Notes under the pieces: generated by a model | The model's input: the letters and a program-made list of their open reading frames with translations, nothing else | What the model was told of the DNA's origin: nothing | Database searches by the model: none | Position numbers and translations under genes: made by a program | Shown: piece after piece, positions 38,921-48,838 of the stretch | Numbering within the stretch: position 1 is the first letter of the stretch | How the letters are laid out: each line of letters begins with the position of its first letter | DNA from: an uncultured Planctomycetales bacterium | GTDB lineage: Bacteria; Omnitrophota; Gorgyraeia; Gygaellales; Profunditerraquicolaceae | Assembly (NCBI GenBank): GCA_964487475.1 | Contig: CAZAPM010000003.1 | Span: forward strand, 62,778 to 126,777 | Length of the DNA stretch: 64,000 bases | Direction of reading: 5' to 3'

Positions 38921-41448
38921 GCTCCCTCCTTGCACGTCTTTCTCCGCGATAAGATCGCGCACGCCGCCGCCAGCACCGCGATGACCGCGATACCGATGAC
39001 CGTCGTCGCCCCCACCTTTGCCAGCTCGTACCCTAACAGGATATAGGCGACCGTCGCCGCCACCAGCACCGCTACCAGCACGCACCTGCCGCAGGCGCAC
39101 ACGGTCCTGGTCCTGGATTCGGAGAACGCCATCCAGGGGAACCCGGTGATGAGCGCCGGCAGTATCATCAGGGTGGCGATACTGGCCACCAGCATGATCA
39201 TGAACATGAAGAAGCCCACCGTATTATACGGCACCAGGGGCGAGGCGAACAGCGGCAGGAACCCGATCGATATCACCAGCGCGTTCTTGAACAGGGCCCG
39301 GGCCGGGGACTGGAACATCAGCTCCGCGGTCTTGGGCCAGTTCTTGTGCTCCGCATACAGCTGGCGGGAGCGCTCGATGAAATGTATCGCGAAATCGATC
39401 GCCAGCCCCAGGGTCAGCGCCGAGAGCACCGCCACCGGCATATCATACTCCTTGCCGGTAAAGCCCAGGGAACCGTAGATCACCAGAATGGTCACGGTAA
39501 GGGGGATCATGGAGATCAGGCCCGTCACCGGGGATCTGAACAGCACCACCATCATCCACAGCACGATGAAGAAACTGCCCAAGAAATTGACCAGCATTCC
39601 CCAGACCATCTTATCCTGCCAGACCATGTTGATATACGTCAAGCCGGCCCAATGGTGCTGCGCTTCGAAGGGAGGGTTATGGGTACGCAAGAACTCCTCG
39701 GCCTGGGCCACCACCGCTGCCATATCCTTGTTATCCCCGGAGGTCAGCTGCAGCCAGACATTGACCTTGGAGTAATCCGGATTGACGAAATGCCAGAGGT
39801 CATCCGGCTTATGGGAGTTCTCGAAGGAAAGCAGCGCCTGGGCCACGGCCTGCCGCGTGGGAGGGATAACGTTGTGCTTTTTATCCCCTCCCAGAAGCTC
39901 ATAATACACCTTCTTGCTGACATCCGCCAAAGAGGTGGATTTCCCCACTTTGCCCTTTTCCAGAAGATACTTCTGGAGACCCTCGACATAGGAGAGCATC
40001 TTCGGTTCCTGGAAGACCATACCCTCTTTATCCTTCGCCTCCAGCACCAGGTACGCGCTGTACGTCCCCCCGAAATGCTGGTTCAAAACCACATCCGCCA
40101 CCCGGATCGGATGCTTCTTGTTGAACCACTTGGTAGGATTATCGTTTATCTCGATATGGGTGATACCGTACACCGCCAATGCGATGATCACCACACTGCC
40201 TGCCAGCACCGCCTTCCAGCGCCGGACCGTGAACGCCCCCCATCTTGAAAGAAGCGTACTCAACAATCCCGTGTGATGCTCCTCGGTCGCGCCGAAATTC
40301 CCCATCTTCCTCTCGTCCAGCAGCGCGATGTACGCGGGGATAAGCACCACGGTCAGCACCCAGGCCAGCGCCACCCCGAACGCCACGGCGATACCGAACA
40401 CCTGCACCGGCGGTATCGGGGTAAAGGAAAGGGAGAAAAACCCGGCCACGGTGGTCAAAGAAGTGAAAAGATTGGGCCGGTAGAGATCCTTCAGCACAAA
40501 AGTAATGGTCTTGTTCTTATCCTTGAACTGCGGATACTTCTCGAAGAATTCGCTCAAGATATGGATGGAATCCAGCACCGATATGGGCAAAAGGAATATC
40601 GGGATCATAGAGCTCATGATATGGATGGGAAAGCCCAGCCCCACCAGCGCGCCCATGGTGATGATCACGCAGATCATGGCCATGACGATCGGCATCACCA
40701 CCAGCACCACATGCTTGAAGAACCACCACATCAGCAGGAATATCACCAGCACCGCCAGGGGCGCGGAGATCCCCATCTGCCAGAACATCTCGACGCCGAA
40801 GGCGTCTTCCGCCAGAGGCAGGCCGGTCAGATGGTACTGCTCATCCCCCGGCATCCCGGCCAGCACCTTCTGGATGTCCTTTGAGATCCGGTAACTGAGC
40901 TTCTTCTCCTTGATCGGGATGTAGATGCATAACGCCTTTCCGTCGCGGGAGATCAGTGTATCGTAAAAGAGCGGGTTATCCAGGGCGCGGGCCTTGATCC
41001 GCGCCGCATCCTGCGCGGTATAGGGAGGGTTCCCCATCAGCCACTTGAAACTGATCGTTCCCGCCCCTCCCTGCTCTATATCATCCTTGTTGGCCAGGCT
41101 CATCATCTCGTAGGCGATGACCCCGTCGATCTTTTTGGCCGCGTTCGTGAGCGCATGTACCTTCTCCAGGGTCGCCGGGTTGAAGACCCCCTGCGGGTCC
41201 TTCTCGTTGACCACGCCCAGCACGATATAATCGTACAGTGCGAACTCCCTCTTCACCTCATGATTGAAGACGCGGACGAATTCGCTCTCGGGGAGCATGT
41301 TCTCCGGGTCGGTATCCACCTTGACCTTGAAAAATGCGGCCAGGGAAAGGAGCACCGCCAGACCGGTGACCGCGAACACCAGTTTCGGCCTGCGCAGTGA
41401 AAACGCAACGAGTTTCTCCAGCATACCGACCTCCGTCTTATGATCCAT
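38917..41448 (-). CDS. MMPL/RND-superfamily exporter (12 TM, two large periplasmic loops)
   Basis: 843 aa with duplicated 6-TM + periplasmic domain architecture and an SSD/MMPL-type TM pattern. It has a Cys-rich C-terminal extension (CACGRC..). Confidence 0.85.
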   Translation of the reverse strand: MDHKTEVGMLEKLVAFSLRRPKLVFAVTGLAVLLSLAAFFKVKVDTDPENMLPESEFVRVFNHEVKREFALYDYIVLGVVNEKDPQGVFNPATLEKVHALTNAAKKIDGVIAYEMMSLANKDDIEQGGAGTISFKWLMGNPPYTAQDAARIKARALDNPLFYDTLISRDGKALCIYIPIKEKKLSYRISKDIQKVLAGMPGDEQYHLTGLPLAEDAFGVEMFWQMGISAPLAVLVIFLLMWWFFKHVVLVVMPIVMAMICVIITMGALVGLGFPIHIMSSMIPIFLLPISVLDSIHILSEFFEKYPQFKDKNKTITFVLKDLYRPNLFTSLTTVAGFFSLSFTPIPPVQVFGIAVAFGVALAWVLTVVLIPAYIALLDERKMGNFGATEEHHTGLLSTLLSRWGAFTVRRWKAVLAGSVVIIALAVYGITHIEINDNPTKWFNKKHPIRVADVVLNQHFGGTYSAYLVLEAKDKEGMVFQEPKMLSYVEGLQKYLLEKGKVGKSTSLADVSKKVYYELLGGDKKHNVIPPTRQAVAQALLSFENSHKPDDLWHFVNPDYSKVNVWLQLTSGDNKDMAAVVAQAEEFLRTHNPPFEAQHHWAGLTYINMVWQDKMVWGMLVNFLGSFFIVLWMMVVLFRSPVTGLISMIPLTVTILVIYGSLGFTGKEYDMPVAVLSALTLGLAIDFAIHFIERSRQLYAEHKNWPKTAELMFQSPARALFKNALVISIGFLPLFASPLVPYNTVGFFMFMIMLVASIATLMILPALITGFPWMAFSESRTRTVCACGRCVLVAVLVAATVAYILLGYELAKVGATTVIGIAVIAVLAAACAILSRRKTCKEGA

Positions 41449-41794
41449 GATGTTTGGAAAGTATCTCTGCGGCTTTCTCGACGCACCCCAGGCAGGAAAG
41501 CTTGCGTCCCTGTCTGATATCCTTGCAGGTCAGGGCGCCGGCCGCCTCGCGGAACTCCTGCTGGCACTCCTGCACTTTATGCGGGGCTTTTTTCGAAAGC
41601 AAGTGGTGCGCGGCATGGTACGCGCCGCATCTGCCTTCCGGCGCCTTGCCTCCCCCGTACCCCGCGAACAGGTCCACCTCGGCAGCAGGCGCGTCGAATA
41701 CGTCATGATACGCCTTGATCACCGCCTGCCCGCAGTTAAGTTTCGCATGCCCGTCCTGTCCCAGAAAATGTTTCCTTGCCTTCTGTCTACGCAT
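41438..41794 (-). CDS. C_GCAxxG_C_C-family putative redox-active protein
   Basis: 118 aa with a C..GQA...RCGAY...C..C pattern matching the C_GCAxxG_C_C signature. Confidence 0.75.
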   Translation of the reverse strand: MRRQKARKHFLGQDGHAKLNCGQAVIKAYHDVFDAPAAEVDLFAGYGGGKAPEGRCGAYHAAHHLLSKKAPHKVQECQQEFREAAGALTCKDIRQGRKLSCLGCVEKAAEILSKHHGS

Positions 41795-42098
41795 CGCTCC
41801 CCTTCTTTCCGGTATTGCCGGTCAGCTTGAACGTGCCGCCGTCGATCTTGAGCATCTTTCCGCAGAGGATCGCCTCCGCGACCTTGCGCCGCGCGGACTC
41901 GACGATGTTCCCGAAGGTCTGCCGGGAAACCTTCATCTTCGCCGCGGCATCGGCCTGGTACATCCCCTGCCGGTCCGCCAGACAAAGCGCCTCGCACTCA
42001 TCGATCGTCAGCACGATCCGCTCCAGGCGCGACTCCGGGATATCCAGCGGCTTGAAATACCGCACCCTGGGCATCCTGCGGACACAACGGCATTTCAT
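41787..42098 (-). CDS. DUF134/UPF0251-family putative DNA-binding regulator
   Basis: A ..MPRVRYFKPLDIP.. N-terminal motif and an HTH-like C-terminus. The start is taken at MKCRC because the mapped promoter's -10 lies inside the longer ORF. Confidence 0.65.
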   Translation of the reverse strand: MKCRCVRRMPRVRYFKPLDIPESRLERIVLTIDECEALCLADRQGMYQADAAAKMKVSRQTFGNIVESARRKVAEAILCGKMLKIDGGTFKLTGNTGKKGSDA

Positions 42099-42140
42099 CG
42101 GCCTGCCGCGGAGCGCTTTTTTAATTTTTAGCATATGCCA

Positions 42141-42169
42141 ATAATATCCGTAAAGAAGGAAATTGTCAA
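42141..42169 (-). promoter_or_regulatory. Near-consensus sigma-70 promoter TTGACA -17 nt- TATTAT driving the DUF134-led operon
   Basis: The minus-strand sequence is TTGACAatttccttctttacggaTATTAT. The -35 overlaps the DUF1667 stop. Confidence 0.55.
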
Positions 42170-42537
42170 GTAATTAATTTCCCCGCCCGGCGGGTAGCTA
42201 CCAGCTTCACCCCCAGACCAAGAAAATCACCGTCGAGCACGGTGCCCGCCTCCACCGGACGGTCCAGACGGATCATTTTGACCTCCTGCATCCCCTCCCT
42301 TATCCTCGCCTTAGGGATCGGGGCGTCCGTGCGCACCGGCACCATCGGCACTTCCAGCCCCTGCGCGCGCACCGCACTGGTCAAAACCCGCATGGGATGC
42401 TCCACTTCGGATACCGCATACGCCTCGCCTTTCGGGCACTGGTTTCCCTCCACCCTGACCACCCGGCAGTTCTCGATATCCACCGTCAGGCGGCATCCGC
42501 GGGGACACTCGATACAGGTCATCTGCGTGCGCGTCAT
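42166..42537 (-). CDS. DUF1667-domain protein (CxxCPxGC), small subunit of the anaerobic G3P-dehydrogenase-like set
   Basis: The MTCIECPRGC ... NQCPKGE motifs are present. ATGA overlap with the upstream oxidoreductase. Confidence 0.75.
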   Translation of the reverse strand: MTRTQMTCIECPRGCRLTVDIENCRVVRVEGNQCPKGEAYAVSEVEHPMRVLTSAVRAQGLEVPMVPVRTDAPIPKARIREGMQEVKMIRLDRPVEAGTVLDGDFLGLGVKLVATRRAGKLIT

Positions 42538-43511
42538 GGCGCTCTCCCCAGGAACGCCGCGGCCTGCCTGCCCGCCTCGAGGCTGTCCCGCGTCACCCAA
42601 TCCACCAGGTCATACACCTTATACGCGTTGCCGCAGGCAAACACCCCCGGAAGGGAGGTGGCATTCAACCCCTCTCCCCGGGGAGTATTGGTCTTAGGGT
42701 CGATCTCCGCGCCCGCCATCTCCAGGAGCTCGTTCTCCGGTATCAGCCCTACGGAGACCAGCAGCGTATCGCAGGTCAGCATGAACCCGCTGTCCGCGAC
42801 CTCATTCCATTGCTCATCCACCCGCACCACTTCCACCCCTTCCACCCTGTCCCGGCCTTTTATGCAGCGCACCTTATGGCTCAGATATATAGGTATATCG
42901 TAATCCTCCAGGCACTGCGCGACATTACGGGCAAGCCCGCTGGGTTTCGGCTGGATCTCGATCACCCCGTGCACTTTGGCCCCTTCCAGGGAAAAACGGC
43001 GCGCCATGATCAGGCCGATATCCCCGCTTCCCACGATCACCACTTCCCTACCGGGAAGCAATCCTTCGATATTGATCAGTTTCTGCGCCAGCCCTGCCGA
43101 GAACACCCCTGCGGGCCGGGTGCCCGGGATGTGCACCATCTCGCGGGTGCGCTCGCGGCACCCTGTAGCGATGATCAGCGCTTTAGCCCGGACCTCGCAA
43201 AGCTCTCCGGGCTTCAGGTACGTCAGCACCCTCTCCCGGGAAAGCCTGACCACGAAGGAACGCAGGCTTACCTCGACACCCGGCAGCGCCGCGGTCCTCT
43301 CGATGAAACGCTGCGCGTACTCCGGCCCGGTCAGCACTTCCTGAAAATGATTAAGCCCGAACCCGGTATGGATGCACTGGTTGAGGATCCCCCCCAGGAA
43401 CTGGTCCCGCTCGAGGATAAGGATATCTTTGACCCCGGCCTCGTGCGCAGCCAGCGCCGCGGCCATACCGGCAGGCCCTCCCCCCACGATCACCAGCTCC
43501 CTCTCAACCAT
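42534..43511 (-). CDS. NAD(P)/FAD-dependent oxidoreductase (pyridine nucleotide-disulfide family)
   Basis: 325 aa with two Rossmann GxGxxG motifs (VIVGGGPAG, VVIVGSGDIG). Confidence 0.8.
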   Translation of the reverse strand: MVERELVIVGGGPAGMAAALAAHEAGVKDILILERDQFLGGILNQCIHTGFGLNHFQEVLTGPEYAQRFIERTAALPGVEVSLRSFVVRLSRERVLTYLKPGELCEVRAKALIIATGCRERTREMVHIPGTRPAGVFSAGLAQKLINIEGLLPGREVVIVGSGDIGLIMARRFSLEGAKVHGVIEIQPKPSGLARNVAQCLEDYDIPIYLSHKVRCIKGRDRVEGVEVVRVDEQWNEVADSGFMLTCDTLLVSVGLIPENELLEMAGAEIDPKTNTPRGEGLNATSLPGVFACGNAYKVYDLVDWVTRDSLEAGRQAAAFLGRAP

Positions 43512-44961
43512 TGCCCCGCTCCTCCTTGACCAGCTCGGTGCCTTTCCCCCGCTTGGTCACCTCCGTCATGCGCAGGAGCCTCTCCTCAGCCAGTATCTTC
43601 ATGATGCGGGTGGTGCAGAAACTGCCGTGGCACCTGCCGGCCTGAGCCCGGGTGCGGAATTTCACTCCGTCCATGGTCCTGGCGCCGCGCCGCACCGCTT
43701 CGCGCACCTCCTTGGCCGAGACCATCTCGCAGCGGCAGACGATATCCCCGTACGCCGGGTCCTTCTTCACCAGCCGTGCGGTTTTGGACAGGGGTAAGGA
43801 AAAAAGATGGGTGGTCCGGCTCCGGCGGCGACGGAAGAAAAGCTTGCGCCGCAGCTGCAATCCGTGTTTTCCGAGGATATCCGTCACCAGCAGCGCGATC
43901 GCCGGGGAAGCGGTCAATCCCGGGGACTGGATACCGGCGACCGTGACCATGCCCGGGACTTTCTCCTCATGCCGGATGATGAAATCCTCGCCGGCGACCG
44001 GCCGCAACCCCGCGAAATACGCGATGATATCCCGGTCATTGACCGAGGGGACCAGCCTGCGGGCGCTTTCCAGCACGTGCCGCAGCCCTTCCTCGGTGGT
44101 CGTCCGGTCGTCCTTATCCCCGACCTCGCAGGCGGTGGGCCCGATCATAGGATTACCATCGGAGGTCTTGATGATCAGTACCCCCTTGGAGTGCTTCGCG
44201 GGCACGGGAAAGATCAGATGGTTGGAAAGATGCTCCCGCTTCTTATCCAGCAGGTACTCCTCGCCTTTGCGCGGGCGGATCGTGAAATCCCGTATCCCCG
44301 CCATGGCCGCGACCGTATCCGCATGAAGCCCGGCCGCGTTGACCACGAAACGGGCAAGGAAAATCCCCCGGCCGGTCACCAGTTCGAAACGATGCCCGGA
44401 AGGCAGCGCGCGCTCATCCGTACGCTCGATGCGCTCGACCTGCGCGCCGGTATAGATCAACACCCCGTTCCTCTGCGCGTTCTCGCTTAAGTCATACGCC
44501 ATGCGGTAAGGGCTGATGATCCCGGCGCTCGGAGCGAAAAGGGCGGCTACCGCCGCCGGATTAAGGTTCGGCTCATGCTCCCGCAGCCACTTCTTATCTA
44601 CGATGCGCAGGCCCGGCACCCCCAACTCCTCCCCCTGCCGCTTAAGGAGCCCCAGGGTCGCCAACTCCTCCTGATCGAACGCCACGACCAGCTCTCCGGT
44701 CTGCTTGAAATCGATCCCCAGTTCCCGGGCCAACCTGCGCACCAGCATATTGCCCTGCACGCACAAGCGGCCCTTCAGCGAACCCGGGGGGTTCTGAATG
44801 CCGGGGTGGATGATCCCGCTGTTGGATTTGGAGACCCCGAACGCCAGCTCCTCCTCCTTCTCGAGGAGCGCGACGGTAAGACGGTACCGGGAAAGCTCGC
44901 GCGCGATGGCCGTGCCTACCACTCCCCCGCCGATGATCGCCACATCGATGCAATTGCTCAT
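43504..44961 (-). CDS. FAD-dependent glycerol-3-phosphate dehydrogenase-like (GlpA-type) with C-terminal BFD-like [2Fe-2S] domain
   Basis: DAO fold (VAIIGGGVVG) plus a C-terminal CRCE...C...C BFD motif. ATGA overlap with glpK. Confidence 0.8.
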   Translation of the reverse strand: MSNCIDVAIIGGGVVGTAIARELSRYRLTVALLEKEEELAFGVSKSNSGIIHPGIQNPPGSLKGRLCVQGNMLVRRLARELGIDFKQTGELVVAFDQEELATLGLLKRQGEELGVPGLRIVDKKWLREHEPNLNPAAVAALFAPSAGIISPYRMAYDLSENAQRNGVLIYTGAQVERIERTDERALPSGHRFELVTGRGIFLARFVVNAAGLHADTVAAMAGIRDFTIRPRKGEEYLLDKKREHLSNHLIFPVPAKHSKGVLIIKTSDGNPMIGPTACEVGDKDDRTTTEEGLRHVLESARRLVPSVNDRDIIAYFAGLRPVAGEDFIIRHEEKVPGMVTVAGIQSPGLTASPAIALLVTDILGKHGLQLRRKLFFRRRRSRTTHLFSLPLSKTARLVKKDPAYGDIVCRCEMVSAKEVREAVRRGARTMDGVKFRTRAQAGRCHGSFCTTRIMKILAEERLLRMTEVTKRGKGTELVKEERGNG

Positions 44962-46439
44962 CGTAACCGTGCCCTCGCCACTGCCCCGCCCCATCCCGCA
45001 TACAGCCTCTGCGCCTCAGGCTTCCTGATGCCGGGACGGAATTCCTTATCCCTGCACCAGTTCCTGCGGATATCCTCCGCGCTCTTCCAGAAACCGACGC
45101 CCAGACCGGCCAGGTACGCCGCGCCCAGCGAAGTGATCTCGATCACCTTAGGCCGCACTACGGGGATACCCAGCATATCCGCCTGGAAACGGCAGAGGAA
45201 ATCATTGGCCGCGGCTCCTCCGTCCACCTTAAGCGACCTGATCTTCAGTCCCGAATCCTTCTGCATCGCCTCCAGGACGTCCCGGGTCTGATAACAGATC
45301 GATTCCAGCGCCGCCCGCACCAGATGTTCGCGTGTGGTCCCCCGGGTAATCCCGCAGATCACTCCCCGCGCCTGCTGGTCCCAGTAAGGAGCTCCCAGTC
45401 CCACGAACGCCGGGACCAGGTATACCCCGCCGGTATCCCTTACCGACTCGGCCATGCGCTGCGAATCCTGCGCCGCTGCCAGGAGCTTAAGCCCGTCGCG
45501 CAGCCACTGGATCGCCGCGCCGGCGATGAACACCGAACCTTCCAGCGCATAACACGGCGCACCCTGCGCATCGCACGCCAGGGTGGTGATAAGCCCGAAG
45601 CGCGAATCCGTCTTTCGGGCTCCCGTATTCATCAGGATAAAGCTTCCCGTGCCGTACGTGTTCTTGACCTCGCCGGGTGAAAAACACGCCTGGCCGAAAA
45701 GCGCCGCCTGCTGATCCCCCGCGATCCCCGTGATCGGGATACCCGCGGGCAGCCTCCCCAGCCTGACGGTCATCCCGAAGGAACCGCTCGAAGGCAGCGC
45801 CCAGGGCAGCAAGGACGGAGGGATCCCGAACTCCTTCAGCAGACGGCTGTCCCAGTCCCGCCGCGCGATATCGAAGAGCATGGTACGGGAAGCGTTGGTA
45901 AGATCCGTGGCATGGACCGCTCCCCCGGTCAGGTTCCACAGCACCCAGGAATCCGCGGTGCCGAACGCCAGCCTGCCCCCGGCCGCAGCCGCCGCAACGC
46001 GCGGCTCATGCTCCAGCATCCAGGATAATTTAGTCGCGGAGAAATACGCGTCGATAGGCAGACCGGTGCACGCGCGCACATACCGCACCAGCTCCCGGCG
46101 GCGTTTGAGCGCCTCGCACCGCGCCGCGGTGCGCCGGCACTGCCAGACGATCGCCCGGCACACCGGCCTTCCGGTGCTGCGCTCCCACAGGAATGAGGTC
46201 TCCCGCTGGTTGGTGATACCGACCGCGGCAATGGAGGATCCCGGAACGCGCGCCAGGACCCGCTGGATGGAAAGATATACGCTGCGCCAGATCTCCCGCG
46301 GATCATGCTCTACCCATCCGGGCTTAGGGAAGTACTGCCGGAACTCCTGATAGGCAGCCGCTACCTTGCGGCCGCGGCGGTCATAGACGATCGCCCGGCT
46401 TCCCGTCGTTCCCTGATCGATCGCAAGAATATGCTTCAT
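44958..46439 (-). CDS. glpK: Glycerol kinase
   Basis: FGGY family with the ILAIDQGTTGSRA N-terminus. The start at MKHILAID is supported by an ATGA overlap. Confidence 0.9.
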   Translation of the reverse strand: MKHILAIDQGTTGSRAIVYDRRGRKVAAAYQEFRQYFPKPGWVEHDPREIWRSVYLSIQRVLARVPGSSIAAVGITNQRETSFLWERSTGRPVCRAIVWQCRRTAARCEALKRRRELVRYVRACTGLPIDAYFSATKLSWMLEHEPRVAAAAAGGRLAFGTADSWVLWNLTGGAVHATDLTNASRTMLFDIARRDWDSRLLKEFGIPPSLLPWALPSSGSFGMTVRLGRLPAGIPITGIAGDQQAALFGQACFSPGEVKNTYGTGSFILMNTGARKTDSRFGLITTLACDAQGAPCYALEGSVFIAGAAIQWLRDGLKLLAAAQDSQRMAESVRDTGGVYLVPAFVGLGAPYWDQQARGVICGITRGTTREHLVRAALESICYQTRDVLEAMQKDSGLKIRSLKVDGGAAANDFLCRFQADMLGIPVVRPKVIEITSLGAAYLAGLGVGFWKSAEDIRRNWCRDKEFRPGIRKPEAQRLYAGWGGAVARARLR

Positions 46440-47281
46440 GCCGGCGCCTCCTTCACTCCGTGCTGGAGCATCCACTGGTACATATCCGCGAACACCTTCT
46501 CCCTTTCTTCGTCGATGGAAAGGGCGTGGCGCATCCCGGGATACTCCTTGAGCGCCTTATCTTCGAACGCGATGCCCCGGAACACCCGGCGGCTGGCCTC
46601 GTTATCCACCATCTGGTCCATTCCCGCCAGCTGGAAGAACACGGGGATACGCAGGAACTGCGCGTCCAGCCACGCCCGGCGCTGTATCCTCAAAGTATTC
46701 CACAAGAACGCCGCGGTGACCGTGCGTACCTCGCGCGGGTCATGGTCGAGCAGGGACTGGTACGCTTTGTCCCGCGTGCAAAGGGCGGAGGAAAACGGCA
46801 CTCTGAAGCGCATCCTCCTGCGCAGCGCCCAGGCCAGAGAAAACGCCGCGCGCTGCCCCACGGTAAAGGAAAGCGTGCTTTTGAACGCCGGAGAAAGGCA
46901 GATCACGCCTTGGAACGCCGGACCCTCGACGGAAGCGAAATGGAAGGCCAGCAGCGCGCCGAAACTCTCCCCGATCAGGAAAAGCGGCGCTCCGGGATGC
47001 GCCTCTTCGGCCAGTTCGATCAGCGCGCTTATCTCGCGGTAATACCGGCGAAAGGACTCCACATGCCCTTTATCCTTCTTATGCTCTCCGAAACCGGGAA
47101 GCTCCAGAGCATAAGAAACGACCCCCTTTTCCTTAAGATAGCTTGCGCACGCCTCCCACCTCTGGCTGTGCCCCCCCAGACCGTGGACCAGACAGGTTAT
47201 CCCCCGGCATGCTGACCCTTGAGGAAGCAGCCATGCCCGGTACAACATGCCTTGACGCTCCAGGAGGGAACTCGGCATCAT
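46436..47281 (-). CDS. Alpha/beta hydrolase (lysophospholipase/monoacylglycerol-lipase-like)
   Basis: HGLGGH oxyanion motif and GESFG nucleophile elbow. The start at MMPSS is supported by an ATGA overlap with the rSAM gene stop. Confidence 0.75.
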   Translation of the reverse strand: MMPSSLLERQGMLYRAWLLPQGSACRGITCLVHGLGGHSQRWEACASYLKEKGVVSYALELPGFGEHKKDKGHVESFRRYYREISALIELAEEAHPGAPLFLIGESFGALLAFHFASVEGPAFQGVICLSPAFKSTLSFTVGQRAAFSLAWALRRRMRFRVPFSSALCTRDKAYQSLLDHDPREVRTVTAAFLWNTLRIQRRAWLDAQFLRIPVFFQLAGMDQMVDNEASRRVFRGIAFEDKALKEYPGMRHALSIDEEREKVFADMYQWMLQHGVKEAPA

Positions 47282-48837
47282 TTCGCACCTTTCCCCGCGC
47301 GTACGCGCGCGCTGAGCTCCTTTGGCAGGAACCATATCCTCTTGAGCGCCGCAAACAAAGCCCTTCCCCTGCCGCGCAGCAGCCACATCCATATCCTGGC
47401 CGCGCACTCCACTCCGGCATTCATCAGCGGCCCCATTTCCTTATCACACCAACGGTACAGCCGCAGGCACGAAGGCCGCAGCAGTACCCTAGGGACATAT
47501 CCCGCCAGATGCCTGGTCATGCGGCTCTGGGCGCAAAGGATCAGCAGATGCAAAAACTTATGCGCCAGAGGCTCATGGATCAGGATGGACAAACTGGTCG
47601 CCATCGGAGAATGGTCGACCCGGTACTGCAGAGGCCACCCCTGCTCCGTTGCCCGCCGGAACATCGCCGTTCCGGGATAGAATGCCAGGCTGTTATGGAA
47701 CACGTGCACTCCCTGCGGAAGGTCCCGGATGAATCGCAGCGTCTCCAAAAGGTCCTCCCTCCCCTCATACGGGTTCATCCCGATGATATCATAACAGGCG
47801 GTGACCGAAGGGTACTCGCGCAGCGCCCAAACCACGCCGCGCACCTTCTCCATCGGGACCTTACGGTCGTACACCTCGAAGTTCGTCCTTTCGCTGGCGC
47901 TTTGCACCCCCATCACCACGTAACGCACTCCGGCGTCCCGCAACGCGTCCATCTTATCCCGCGCAAAGGTCAGCGGGGAGATGAGGATATAGAAGGGTGT
48001 GCCGATCTCGGCGCGGTACCGCGCGGAAAAATCGCGGATCTCCTCCAGCGGCTTGGCGAAAAACGTATCGTCCCCGATCCAGAACCTCTCGATCGAAGGG
48101 AACCGCGCCTTCGCCTCACGCAGATGCGCGATGAGATATTCGTTACGGTAATGACGCACACCGCGCCGGTGCGGGAACTCCCGCTTAAGCGCGTCATTCG
48201 AGCAGTACGCGCAGGCATGCGGACAGCCGCGGGAACCGAGCACGGTGAAGGCCTCGATCATCACATCGGGATATTCCGGCCGCATCAATGCCAGGCCGTT
48301 GCCCTTGCGGATATACTGGCGGGAAAGATCATAGTCGGGAAAAGGGTATTCGTTCAGGTCTTTGGCCAGGGGCTGACAGGGGTTCTGCACGACTTCACCT
48401 GCCCGCAGATAGCACCATCCCGCCACTCCCTCGCCGGGCACAGAGGAATCCAGCCTGTGCACGAACCCGGGCAGCGCATCCTCTCCCTCCCCCCGGCAGG
48501 CGGCATCGAAGTGGCGCAACACCTCCTCCGGCGCAAACGTGGCGTGCATGCCTCCGGCGACCATCGGTACGCGGAGATGACGGGCCAGCGCTTCCCGCGC
48601 GCGCACCGCGGAGGAGAACCCGTGCGTCATGAAGGAAAACCCTATCAGCGCGGATTCGGCGCACACTTCGGCCAGCTCCTCCCAGCGGAAATCACGCAAA
48701 CCGGTGCGGCCGGGATCGGGAAGGAACACCAGGGTCACCTCGCACCCCTGCTCCCGAAGACAGGAGGAAAGCACCCGGATCCCCAGCCCCGTGACCCCGT
48801 CATCGGTCGTGATCAGCACGATCTTGCGCCCGCTCAT
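47278..48837 (-). CDS. B12-binding-domain radical SAM enzyme (class B)
   Basis: 519 aa with an N-terminal cobalamin-binding Rossmann domain and the radical SAM CPHACAYC (CxxxCxxC) cluster motif. Confidence 0.85.
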   Translation of the reverse strand: MSGRKIVLITTDDGVTGLGIRVLSSCLREQGCEVTLVFLPDPGRTGLRDFRWEELAEVCAESALIGFSFMTHGFSSAVRAREALARHLRVPMVAGGMHATFAPEEVLRHFDAACRGEGEDALPGFVHRLDSSVPGEGVAGWCYLRAGEVVQNPCQPLAKDLNEYPFPDYDLSRQYIRKGNGLALMRPEYPDVMIEAFTVLGSRGCPHACAYCSNDALKREFPHRRGVRHYRNEYLIAHLREAKARFPSIERFWIGDDTFFAKPLEEIRDFSARYRAEIGTPFYILISPLTFARDKMDALRDAGVRYVVMGVQSASERTNFEVYDRKVPMEKVRGVVWALREYPSVTACYDIIGMNPYEGREDLLETLRFIRDLPQGVHVFHNSLAFYPGTAMFRRATEQGWPLQYRVDHSPMATSLSILIHEPLAHKFLHLLILCAQSRMTRHLAGYVPRVLLRPSCLRLYRWCDKEMGPLMNAGVECAARIWMWLLRGRGRALFAALKRIWFLPKELSARVRAGKGAK

Positions 48838-48838
48838 C

